DNA from: a bacterium | GTDB lineage: Bacteria > Patescibacteriota > Patescibacteriia > 2-12-FULL-60-25 | Direction: 5' to 3' | DNA: 60,658 nucleotides | Assembly: GCA_035906575.1 (NCBI GenBank) | Contig: JAMIEW010000040.1 | Span: 1 to 60,658 of the forward strand | Translations under genes and position numbers: made by a program | The notes under the pieces: model-generated | What the model was told of the DNA's origin: nothing | Database searches by the model: none | What the model saw: only the letters and a program-made list of their open reading frames with translations | Shown: positions 43,213 through 51,568 of the stretch, piece by piece | Numbering within the stretch: the first letter of the stretch is position 1 | Layout: each line of letters opens with the position of its first letter

Positions 43213-44295
43213 CTAGGCACCAACTCTGAAGTAACACACATCACCATCTTGCATCACATAGTCTTTGCCTTCGACACGCGTGAGGCCTTTAGCGCGACAC
43301 GCCGCTTCACCACCTTCACGGACATAGTCTTCATAAGACGTAACTTCTACACGAATGAAATTCTTTTCAAAATCCGTGTGAATGACGCCGGCCGCTTGTG
43401 GAGCTTTGGTACCAACTTTTACCGTCCATGCACGCGTTTCAACTTCACCCGTTGTGAGATAGGTGATCAGACCAAGCAAGCGATAAGATTCTTTGATTAA
43501 GAGATCGAGACCTGACTGTGTTTGGCCGGCCATCTCTAGTAATTCTTTCTTCTCATCGCCTTCAACATTCATCAATTCGGATTCAAGCTTTACGCAAACA
43601 GGTACAAGTAAGCCTTTTAGATCTGTTGTGCGATCCTTCCAGCTACCGTCTTGCAACTGCTCTTCGCTCACGTTCACCACATAGAGCATGGGCTTTAAGG
43701 TGAGCAGATGAAGATGCTTCATGATGGCACGTTCTTCGTCGGACCATTCAAGATCGCGAAGCATGGTGCCGCCGTTCAATTCAACGATGGCTTTTTTCAC
43801 GAGCGCGAGCTCAAGCTCCATGTCTTTAGTCTTGCCGCTCTTCATTTGCTTCTCAAGTGTTTGATCACGTTTGATGAGCTGCTCAAGATCAGCAAGAGCA
43901 AGTTCGGTATTAATCGTGTCTGCATCACGTGCAGGATTAATTGAGCCGTCGACGTGCAAAATATCGTTATTATCAAAAGCGCGTACCACCTGCGCGATCG
44001 CGTCCGTCTCACGGATATTCGCCAAAAACTTATTACCAAGGCCTTGGCCTTCGGCCGCACCTTTAACAAGACCGGCGATATCAACGAATTCGATAATGGT
44101 CGGGACAAGTTTTTTGCTGCCGCTCATTTTTGAAAGCACCGCGAGACGTTCGTCTGGTACCTCAACAACACCGACATTCGGGTCGATCGTACAGAATGGG
44201 TAGTTGGCGCAATCGACCTGCTTTTTGGTGATTGCACTAAACATGGTGGATTTGCCGACATTCGGGAGACCGACGATACCGATTTGGAGAGCCAT
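43213..44295 (-). CDS. ychF: ribosome-binding ATPase YchF
   Basis: MALQIGIVGLPNVGKST G1 motif, a coiled-coil insert, and a C-terminal TGS-like domain. Start taken at the internal Met. Confidence 0.93.
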   Translation of the reverse strand: MALQIGIVGLPNVGKSTMFSAITKKQVDCANYPFCTIDPNVGVVEVPDERLAVLSKMSGSKKLVPTIIEFVDIAGLVKGAAEGQGLGNKFLANIRETDAIAQVVRAFDNNDILHVDGSINPARDADTINTELALADLEQLIKRDQTLEKQMKSGKTKDMELELALVKKAIVELNGGTMLRDLEWSDEERAIMKHLHLLTLKPMLYVVNVSEEQLQDGSWKDRTTDLKGLLVPVCVKLESELMNVEGDEKKELLEMAGQTQSGLDLLIKESYRLLGLITYLTTGEVETRAWTVKVGTKAPQAAGVIHTDFEKNFIRVEVTSYEDYVREGGEAACRAKGLTRVEGKDYVMQDGDVCYFRVGA

Positions 44296-44388
44296 AGATG
44301 GCGCGAGCGTAGCGGTTTTTTGGTGATAATACAAGCCTTTCGCTTTACATTGAGCTTTTATTATGCTGAGGTGTGGCCGGAGGTCTAG

Positions 44389-44808
44389 ATGCCGTTTACA
44401 TTTAGCACAGGAATGCCCTATAAGTGCCCAAGCGACGGACGCCTGGTGGTTATCATCCTCAACGATGAAAGCGTTATCAGGGTGAGATTTCTCTCGTACG
44501 CACCACCCGGCACTGATGAGTACCGCGGGCTCAAAAAGCTCTGCTATCTAACGGATTCTAAGGGATCCTATGCGGACAAAGGCCTGTCATTCGGTAGACA
44601 ACCCCTCAATACCGCACCTTACGCTGAAGTTACGGATGGGATCTTGATGCTCATCATCAATGCAGGACGCTACGCCATCGATGAAGACTTCAAGCTCAGT
44701 CCCAACGACCCCGCCTTCGATGCGCTTTCAAAAGAGGCTCGAAAGAAGGATCGAGTTGTTACCATCCTCAAGCCCCTTGGCCCGCCGGCGAACTTCGCCC
44801 CACACTGA
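44389..44808 (+). CDS. hypothetical protein
   Basis: 139-aa ORF. No motif recognised. Confidence 0.5.
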   Translation: MPFTFSTGMPYKCPSDGRLVVIILNDESVIRVRFLSYAPPGTDEYRGLKKLCYLTDSKGSYADKGLSFGRQPLNTAPYAEVTDGILMLIINAGRYAIDEDFKLSPNDPAFDALSKEARKKDRVVTILKPLGPPANFAPH

Positions 44809-44903
44809 CCCAGAACCCCCTACTTGCTGCCATATTCTCTAGGCTCGAGTACGGGGTTTTCTGATTGACGAAATACGCCATTTCGCCTAGTATCCGGCCA
44901 TCT

Positions 44904-46193
44904 ATGCCTACGTCCAAGACCACCCTCCTGCCAAAAGCGCAGGTCCAAATCACCTTTGAAGTTACTTGGGATGAAGCTCTTCCTTATCTCGAAGAGGCTG
45001 CTAAAGACATTTCGAAGGCAAAACCTTTGCCGGGCTTTCGTCCAGGCCATGCTACCTATGAAGATATTAAGCGCGCACATGGCGAAATGGCCATTCTTGA
45101 AACCGGTATCGAGCGCATCGTTCGTGCTGCCTATGTTAAAACCGTTCTTGCTGAAAAATTGAATACGGTCGGTTCACCAACGATTGCCGTTGACGCTTTA
45201 ACACCTGGTCAAACGATTAAATTCACCACGACGGTCTCGATCGTCCCAACGATCAATAAGCTCGCTGACTATAAGGACGGCAAGGTTAAAAAGACTGCAA
45301 GCGAAGTAAACGAAGCGCAGGTAGAAGAAGCGATTGATCAGATGCGTAAAATGCGTGCCGAAGATATCAAGGTTGAACGCGCTGCCACACTCGAAGATAT
45401 GGTGATGATCGATATGGAAATGTTGCACAACAACGTCACACTCGAAGGCGGCAAGGGTGCGGACTATCGCGTCTACTTGAACGAGCCTCACTATATCCCT
45501 GGCATGGCAGAACAGTTGGTTGGCCTCAAAGAAGGCGAAGAAAAAACCTTCGAATTGCCGTTTCCTGAAAACCACTATCAAAAGCACTTGGCTGGCAAAG
45601 AGATTAAATTCATTACCAAAACCAAGGGCGTCTTTGAACGCAAAATGCCAACGGCAAATGACGAATTTGCCAAAGCCTATGGCCTTGAGAGCATTACCGA
45701 GCTTCGCTCGAAGTTGAAAGAAAATCTCGTAAAAGAAACTGAATCGCGCGCTGCTGAAACCGCCGAGATCGCCATGTTAGAAAAACTCGTTGACGCATCT
45801 TCGTTTGGCGAAGTGCCTGATGTTCTCATCAATGAAGAAGTGAACCGCATGATGAAAGAACTCGAGCACGGTATCGAAGAACAGGGTATGACCATGGAGA
45901 ACTATCTCTCGTCCATTAAGAAATCCAAAGACGATCTTAAGATGGATTTCATCCAGCAAGCCATTCGCCGCATTAACACCGCGATCTTGATCAAAGAAGT
46001 TTCGTTGAAAGAAGGTGTCGATGTTACCGAAGAAGAAATCGACGCTGAAGTTGATACCATTCTTGAATCTGTGCCTGCTGATGATGCTGCTACTCGTGAG
46101 CGTGTTATCTCTCCAGAGTACCGTGAATATGTTTCGATTCAAATGCGCAATCGCAAGACCATCGAAATTTTGAAAGCAAAGTGTATTGAGTAA
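44904..46193 (+). CDS. tig: trigger factor
   Basis: N-terminal ribosome-binding domain with the GFRPGH signature (PLPGFRPGHATYEDIKR), a central PPIase-like domain, and a C-terminal helical domain. Confidence 0.9.
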   Translation: MPTSKTTLLPKAQVQITFEVTWDEALPYLEEAAKDISKAKPLPGFRPGHATYEDIKRAHGEMAILETGIERIVRAAYVKTVLAEKLNTVGSPTIAVDALTPGQTIKFTTTVSIVPTINKLADYKDGKVKKTASEVNEAQVEEAIDQMRKMRAEDIKVERAATLEDMVMIDMEMLHNNVTLEGGKGADYRVYLNEPHYIPGMAEQLVGLKEGEEKTFELPFPENHYQKHLAGKEIKFITKTKGVFERKMPTANDEFAKAYGLESITELRSKLKENLVKETESRAAETAEIAMLEKLVDASSFGEVPDVLINEEVNRMMKELEHGIEEQGMTMENYLSSIKKSKDDLKMDFIQQAIRRINTAILIKEVSLKEGVDVTEEEIDAEVDTILESVPADDAATRERVISPEYREYVSIQMRNRKTIEILKAKCIE

Positions 46194-46198
46194 CAAAA

Positions 46199-46233
46199 CA
46201 CCCCCGAAGATGAGTTCATCTCGGGGGTTTTTG
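46199..46233 (+). terminator. intrinsic terminator of tig
   Basis: ACCCCCGAAGATGA ... TCATCTCGGGGGT followed by TTTTTG. Confidence 0.75.
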
Positions 46234-46235
46234 AT

Positions 46236-47387
46236 TCAGGCTTCACCGATCTTTACGATGGCGCATGCTGCTTGCTCGATCTCATCGAGGTAGCGAGGCA
46301 TGTCAATCGCTTCGATCTTTGGATTCGGGAGGAGCTTGTGACCGATCACGACCGATGCCACTGCCATGAGTTGGCGAGAGATCTTTTCATGCGCCTGCGT
46401 TTGCAGAAGTTGCGCGTGATCAATCGCGTCTTCACTCGCGTCCATTGAAGCATCGGCCTCTTTGATGAGCTCGATATCATGATAGATATCACCGACACTA
46501 TCAACAAACACATGAAGCTTATTCAGCTCGGTCTGCGTCTTTTCGATGAGGTCGCTGATGGACTTAATCGCTGTATTTAAGCTGCGCTCCGTTGAGACGA
46601 GTCGCACCCTTGAGTTCTCTAACGCATCAAAGCGATCGTCATCACCGGCATTTTTTGCGTGCTGAATACGAGCAGTTATTCGTTCTTTGAGTTGCTTTGT
46701 CTTTTCGAGACGGGTTTTCAAATCAACAAGTGACCTGCTCCAGTCAGAGCCGGGGCCGATGAGTTCGGCTTCGACGCGTTTTAGACCATCGAGATAGTAG
46801 CCACGCAAATTCTTTATTGTGTTTTGAGCATTCTCTTCTTCGGCTTCTCTTCCGAAGATCAGAAGCCTGTGAACACGATCGTCCTTAATCCAGATGCGCC
46901 GCTTCTCCTCATCATCCCATCGCGTAGCCCCTCCGAGCCATGGGATAAGAAATATATCGAACGGCGAAAGAACGAGATTTCGAACATAAAACGCGGCATG
47001 ACTCAGAAGAGACATCGAGTCTTTTTTTCGATTACGCTCTACAATAATCAATACATAGAAGAAGGTCACTATCATCGGCAGACCGACAAAACCATCTATT
47101 GAGAGTGTTGTAATGACCAGGCCAAGAATAAGACTTATCAGCCCCATGACAGTCGTTAACTTGGTTGCGAATAGGTCTCCGTCCAAAGCAAGGTTTTTTA
47201 ACCGCATATGCGCGTAATGCTTCACACTACCATCCAACCACCGCCGAAGGCGCTTGATTGGGCCAGGTTGCTGCAAAGCAATGACCTCGCTCGGACTCTT
47301 ATCGAGACCCGAAAGAACAATGAGCTGATCAGCTGTAAGCGTCTTCTGTTCGGACATACTGCCTCCGTTGTGAAAGACCGAAACCAA
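46236..47387 (-). CDS. hypothetical membrane protein with C-terminal coiled coil
   Basis: 383 aa. Two hydrophobic spans around residues 80-115, then a long charged helical region. Confidence 0.6.
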   Translation of the reverse strand: MVSVFHNGGSMSEQKTLTADQLIVLSGLDKSPSEVIALQQPGPIKRLRRWLDGSVKHYAHMRLKNLALDGDLFATKLTTVMGLISLILGLVITTLSIDGFVGLPMIVTFFYVLIIVERNRKKDSMSLLSHAAFYVRNLVLSPFDIFLIPWLGGATRWDDEEKRRIWIKDDRVHRLLIFGREAEEENAQNTIKNLRGYYLDGLKRVEAELIGPGSDWSRSLVDLKTRLEKTKQLKERITARIQHAKNAGDDDRFDALENSRVRLVSTERSLNTAIKSISDLIEKTQTELNKLHVFVDSVGDIYHDIELIKEADASMDASEDAIDHAQLLQTQAHEKISRQLMAVASVVIGHKLLPNPKIEAIDMPRYLDEIEQAACAIVKIGEA

Positions 47388-47409
47388 CGGAGTTGTTATA
47401 ACGAAATAC

Positions 47410-48363
47410 CTATTTTGTCAACGAGTCCCACTGCTTTTTGATCCCCTCCTTCAAACTTGTCGTTGGTTTATAACCAAGCTCTTTTTCAGAACGTGTAAGA
47501 TCAGCGAAGGTGCGTTCTACGTCGCCTGGTTGCATGGGTTTTTTATCTAGGATGGGTTCTTTGCCAACGACTTCGCCGATAGTTGTGACCATTTCTGAAA
47601 GCGAAACAGGCGATGAGCCGCCGAGATTCCAAATACGATATCCATGTTCTTCGATACGGTCTGCGGCAGATAAAATACCTGCGACAATATCATCGATAAA
47701 TGTGTAGTCACGGCTTGTCGATCCGTCGCCAAAAAATGGAATAGGTTTTTCTTCTGAGACAAGTTTTAAAAATTTCTGAATCGCAAGATCAGGGCGCTGG
47801 CGTGGGCCAAAGACCGTAAAGAAACGCAAGTTCGCAATCGGTAGCTTTGTGAGGTGGTGATGTGCGTACGCGATAAGCTCACCTGCGCGCTTTGTCGCCG
47901 CATATGGAGAAATTTGCTGATTTACATCATGCGTTTCAGAAAAAGGAACCACCGGTGAATTGCCGTAGACCGAACTACTCGAAGCCATCACAAAACGCTT
48001 TACACGAGACTTCGTCGCTTGGTTCAAAAGAATTTGCGATGCCAAAATATTTGCTCTCACATACCCAGCAGGATCTTCAATACTCGGACGAACACCTGCT
48101 TTTGCTGCAAGATGGATCACCGTCTCTGGACGCTCTTTTTCAAAAAGTATTTTGACGAATTCAGCATCAGCGAGATCACCTTCGTAAAAGGTAAACTCAT
48201 CCCCTGCATTACGAATAGCAGCAAGATTTGCTTCTTTTAGTTCACGCGAATAGTAGGGGTCAAAATTATCGACCCCAACTACACGATGACCTTTTTTCAA
48301 TAGTGCTTCGCAGGTATGTGAAGCGATGAAGCCAGCGGCGCCGGTGACGAAGTAGATGCTCAT
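47410..48363 (-). CDS. NAD-dependent epimerase/dehydratase (UDP-glucuronate 4-epimerase-like)
   Basis: VTGAAGFIASH and YxxxK (YAATKRAGE). Confidence 0.87.
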   Translation of the reverse strand: MSIYFVTGAAGFIASHTCEALLKKGHRVVGVDNFDPYYSRELKEANLAAIRNAGDEFTFYEGDLADAEFVKILFEKERPETVIHLAAKAGVRPSIEDPAGYVRANILASQILLNQATKSRVKRFVMASSSSVYGNSPVVPFSETHDVNQQISPYAATKRAGELIAYAHHHLTKLPIANLRFFTVFGPRQRPDLAIQKFLKLVSEEKPIPFFGDGSTSRDYTFIDDIVAGILSAADRIEEHGYRIWNLGGSSPVSLSEMVTTIGEVVGKEPILDKKPMQPGDVERTFADLTRSEKELGYKPTTSLKEGIKKQWDSLTK

Positions 48364-48788
48364 ATAATCAACAAAAGACGTTCTTTGTTTTCGTTAAAAT
48401 AGTCCTTGAGATTCTGGTAGCTCAAGCGTTCAACCACCTGGTCAAAATCTACCCATTCAGGAAATTCTTTTGCTTCTGTCTTTTCTGAAAAGTCTCCGCC
48501 ATTTGCGAAACCAGCAAACATGACGATATTCGCCCAAGTCTCTTCTTTAACCCAATCACCCTTTACTTCGTACACCATATCAGGAAGTTTGGTTTTGATT
48601 TCGAAATCAATCCCCGTTTCTTCTTTACACTCTCGAATGGTTGCTTGTTCACCCGTTTCTCCAGGTTCGATATGACCCTTTGGAAAACTCCAATCATTAA
48701 ACTTTTGGCGAAAAATCAATAAAACCTGGAGTTTGTTATTCTGTTTCTGCAACACGATGCAACCGGCTTTCTGAATGGGTGCCTTCAT
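48360..48788 (-). CDS. NUDIX hydrolase
   Basis: Nudix box GHIEPGETGEQATIRECKEETGI. Start set at the internal Met, because the longer ORF would cover a plus-strand promoter. Confidence 0.8.
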   Translation of the reverse strand: MKAPIQKAGCIVLQKQNNKLQVLLIFRQKFNDWSFPKGHIEPGETGEQATIRECKEETGIDFEIKTKLPDMVYEVKGDWVKEETWANIVMFAGFANGGDFSEKTEAKEFPEWVDFDQVVERLSYQNLKDYFNENKERLLLII

Positions 48789-48869
48789 AAATCTATCTGA
48801 TTTCACCAGAGAAACAACCAGCCGTCGAGCTTCGTCGAACAACGCGAGGCAATTACGTATAGTCAACGC

Positions 48870-48898
48870 TTGACAAATCCAGCTCTTTTTGTTAGCGT
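48870..48898 (+). promoter_or_regulatory. putative promoter of an intergenic plus-strand transcript
   Basis: TTGACA, 17-nt spacer, TAGCGT. This is the same -10 hexamer as at 13209. Confidence 0.4.
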
Positions 48899-48904
48899 AA
48901 CTCA

Positions 48905-49078
48905 GCACTTTCGTCGACTTTGTCGACGGCAACTCAAGTCCCAGGCCGGCCGCCTAACCTCACCCACAGGGTCAGGAAGGTTTGGATCCGTGCGCTTGGT
49001 TCACACCAGCGCATATCCACTGAACACAGGGCACAGCAGCGACGATTCGATGATTTTATCGAACGTCGCTGTTTTTAT
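48905..49078 (+). ncRNA. candidate ~170-nt sRNA antisense to the local gene direction
   Basis: Runs from the promoter above to a strand-specific terminator (CAGCGACG...CGTCGCTG + TTTTTATTT at about 49044-49078). Internal hairpins include CGTCGAC/GTCGACG and TGCGCTTGG/CCAGCGCA. Confidence 0.35.
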
Positions 49079-49300
49079 TTAGCGAGAAATGATAACCGTC
49101 TTCAATCTTCCACTCATCCCTTTTTTGATCTCAATCTGTGACTTCGCGCAATCAAAAAACTCCGCCAGCACTCGAATGAGTTCAGTATTCGCTTCACCAT
49201 CTACTGGTGCAGATTTTAACTTCACAATCAGTATTCCATCTTTTTCACCCATCACTTCTGACTTGCTGCTGCGCGGGGTGACTTTTACTTTTATCTGCAT
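49079..49300 (-). CDS. DUF167 (YggU-like) protein
   Basis: 73 aa. The IKVKVTPRSSKSEV...LIVKLKSAPVDGEANTELIRVLA pattern. Confidence 0.75.
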   Translation of the reverse strand: MQIKVKVTPRSSKSEVMGEKDGILIVKLKSAPVDGEANTELIRVLAEFFDCAKSQIEIKKGMSGRLKTVIISR

Positions 49301-49303
49301 AAC

Positions 49304-49546
49304 TTATGGTACTGGGTCGTATCCCCCATCATTCCATGGATGGCATCGGCTGATGCGTTTTGCGCCGAGCCATACGCCTTTGAAGAATCCGTATTTGCGA
49401 ATGGCTTGTTCAGTATATTCTGAGCACGTTGGATGAAAGCGGCAGACACGATTTCTTACGATATAACGAAGAGGACCGTGGTCTGGCGACAACGTCATCT
49501 GATAAACGCGGATCAATCCAATACCTAACCAAGCGAGCGGGCTCAT
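49304..49546 (-). CDS. yidD: membrane protein insertion efficiency factor YidD
   Basis: [11 protein letters not shown]...[19 protein letters not shown] signature. Confidence 0.9.
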   Translation of the reverse strand: MSPLAWLGIGLIRVYQMTLSPDHGPLRYIVRNRVCRFHPTCSEYTEQAIRKYGFFKGVWLGAKRISRCHPWNDGGYDPVP

Positions 49547-49950
49547 GCGTCTTTTTTAAATACGACCGAGGTTTTGCGTTTTGCTTTGAGATTTTTACGC
49601 GGTGCCGGAGGCAATAAAAGCGTTGCCGGAATTTTTTCAAACGCGTGCAAGATCGATTCTTTGAGCACGGCAAAATCGACATCAAGAACATTTGCCTTGA
49701 TCATAAACATCAGATCGAGTTTTTCTGGCCACTGTGTTTTGATCTCACGTAATGCAGCACGCATGCGGCGTTTTACGAGATTGCGTTTATTGGCGCGCTT
49801 AAACACTTTTGTTGAAGCGACAAAACCAATCTTTGTTTCTTCAGATGGGCGAAGACGCAAAGTGAATTCTTGCGCATAGATAACACGGCCCTTTTGTGAC
49901 AAGAGGGCAAAATCGCGTTTGCGGCGCAAGCGGTCTGGTTTAGCCAACAT
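49543..49950 (-). CDS. rnpA: ribonuclease P protein component
   Basis: Basic 135-aa protein containing [14 protein letters not shown]. Lies downstream of rpmH. Confidence 0.9.
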   Translation of the reverse strand: MLAKPDRLRRKRDFALLSQKGRVIYAQEFTLRLRPSEETKIGFVASTKVFKRANKRNLVKRRMRAALREIKTQWPEKLDLMFMIKANVLDVDFAVLKESILHAFEKIPATLLLPPAPRKNLKAKRKTSVVFKKDA

Positions 49951-49965
49951 ACCTAGAGAATATCA

Positions 49966-50004
49966 GATTTTACGAAAACCGCCCCGACGATTGTCGGGGC
50001 GGTT
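49966..50004 (-). terminator. terminator/attenuator between rpmH and rnpA
   Basis: On the minus strand, AACCGCCCCGAC-aatc-GTCGGGGCGGTT is followed by TTTCGTAAAAT. Confidence 0.6.
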
Positions 50005-50010
50005 TAGCGA

Positions 50011-50181
50011 TTAGCGGCGCGAGCGGACAACCTGTGAGGTTTTAATCGCGATCGTTTTGCGGCCCTTGGCGCGGCGGCGGCTCAAGACAGCAACACCATC
50101 TTTGGTGCTCATGCGGGCAAGAAAGCCGTGGACGCGGGCGCGACGTTTGGTGCGCGGCTGATAGGTTCGTTTTGTAGCCAT
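50011..50181 (-). CDS. rpmH: 50S ribosomal protein L34 (with C-terminal extension)
   Basis: Hand translation gives [56 protein letters not shown] (56 aa). Below the ORF-track cut-off. Confidence 0.9.
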   Translation of the reverse strand: MATKRTYQPRTKRRARVHGFLARMSTKDGVAVLSRRRAKGRKTIAIKTSQVVRSRR

Positions 50182-50201
50182 AGGGTTAATGTATGGACGG
50201 G

Positions 50202-50230
50202 ATCATAGGTCAAAATGATTTTTTTGGCAA
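50202..50230 (-). promoter_or_regulatory. promoter of rpmH
   Basis: On the minus strand: TTGCCA, 17-nt spacer, TATGAT. Confidence 0.55.
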
Positions 50231-50242
50231 TAGTTAGGGATG

Positions 50243-50289
50243 AAAAAAGCCCAGTGGTAACAAAATAGTCATTTGTTGGTCCACTGGGC
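50243..50289 (-). terminator. intrinsic terminator of the CYTH/P-loop gene
   Basis: GCCCAGTGG / CCACTGGGC stem followed by T6 on the minus strand. Confidence 0.7.
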
Positions 50290-50295
50290 CTCATT

Positions 50296-51405
50296 TCAGA
50301 GGGTTTTGACGAGCTGGCGGATGCCGGCGTCGACCGCGGCAGAGACTTCGGGCCAAGTACCGCTCTCACCGATGACGAGACACCTGGGGTGACCACCCCA
50401 CGAACCCTTGATCCGGTGCGAGAGGGCGCAGGCAGCGTCATAATCTTCTGAGCGAGCGACATTGTTGCCCCGTATCTGCTCATAAATCTCGCGACTGGGC
50501 TGCGAGAGGCAGATCACGCCTTGGTAGCGCGCATACTCTGCATCGACCGTCGTTAGGAGAACTTGAGAAAGTGCCGCCACACCTCCTTCGAGGTAGGCGG
50601 CATTGTCCATGGTGCCTCGATCGAGGATGATAGCCTTTTTGCCTTCGCGGATCGCCTGATCTTGAGCCGCATGTTCGAAGGCTCTTTGGATGCTGTAGAT
50701 AAGGCGTTGAAACTTCACCATCCCAACCGTATCGTCGTGAGGCGGCGGCTTGATACCCACGTGAGCGATGACGAGGGTTGCCACCTCAGGAACAAAGGCG
50801 AGTTCAGGATATCGATCTCGAAGCTCACCTATAGAAGTGCTTTTACCCGAACCAGGACCTCCCGTTATCACGATCATCTGCAGCGGAGCTGCCGACATCA
50901 TACTTAGTAGTTGAGTAGGGTCAGCTCCTTCGGTGAGCAAGGTGCTCGCCTCGGCAAGCGCAAGATTATTGAGCGACTCCGTCACTTCACGATCGACCCT
51001 GAGAAAGGCCGGAAACGGTGGTAGAGCCTCGTCTTCGTGTGCTAGCTCACGTTCGAGCAGGACCAACCCCTTGAGCGGGCCCTCGAAGATATCGAGCTCC
51101 CAGCCTTCGAAAGTGTAGCGGGTCTTTTGAAGTATGAAGGTGCAGGCATCGAGTGCTGCCATACCCATCTCGAGATCGACGGCGTCGGTCTCGTACTCTT
51201 TGCGGCAAATACCCGAACCGTTTTTGACGGTGAGAATCGCTTGTTCGTTGTTTTTGATACGTACACGCATGGTTTTACCAGGCGTGGTACCGAGATATCC
51301 TTGCACGATGGTGTCTTTGCGCAATCCTGAGAGTGTCTCAGGACTGGTGATTTTCTCGACGAGAAAACGCCGTTCGATTTCGAGTCCGGGTGTAGCTTTG
51401 GTCAC
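50296..51405 (-). CDS. CYTH (triphosphate tunnel metalloenzyme)-like domain fused to a P-loop NTPase/kinase-like domain
   Basis: N-terminal LEIERRFLV (ExExK-type CYTH signature with K replaced by R). Walker A IVITGGPGSGKST lies mid-protein. 369 aa. Visibly more G+C-rich than rnpA/dnaA. Confidence 0.7.
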   Translation of the reverse strand: MTKATPGLEIERRFLVEKITSPETLSGLRKDTIVQGYLGTTPGKTMRVRIKNNEQAILTVKNGSGICRKEYETDAVDLEMGMAALDACTFILQKTRYTFEGWELDIFEGPLKGLVLLERELAHEDEALPPFPAFLRVDREVTESLNNLALAEASTLLTEGADPTQLLSMMSAAPLQMIVITGGPGSGKSTSIGELRDRYPELAFVPEVATLVIAHVGIKPPPHDDTVGMVKFQRLIYSIQRAFEHAAQDQAIREGKKAIILDRGTMDNAAYLEGGVAALSQVLLTTVDAEYARYQGVICLSQPSREIYEQIRGNNVARSEDYDAACALSHRIKGSWGGHPRCLVIGESGTWPEVSAAVDAGIRQLVKTL

Positions 51406-51494
51406 GATCTGCCTCTTTGTGAAAGAACGATTTCATCGTATCCGCACAATTCACGAACGTCAAAAAGCTTAAGGAAAATCATTTTTGTCTTTTG

Positions 51495-51562
51495 TTATGC
51501 ACATTCCTTCCACATCAAAGTGTAAAAGTTGACATGGTTATACACAGGTGAAATTATCCACA
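51495..51562 (+). promoter_or_regulatory. dnaA promoter overlapped by DnaA boxes
   Basis: TTATGCACA (51495), TTGACA (51529-51534), TTATACACA (51538), and perfect TTATCCACA (51554-51562). Confidence 0.6.
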
Positions 51563-51568
51563 ACATCT

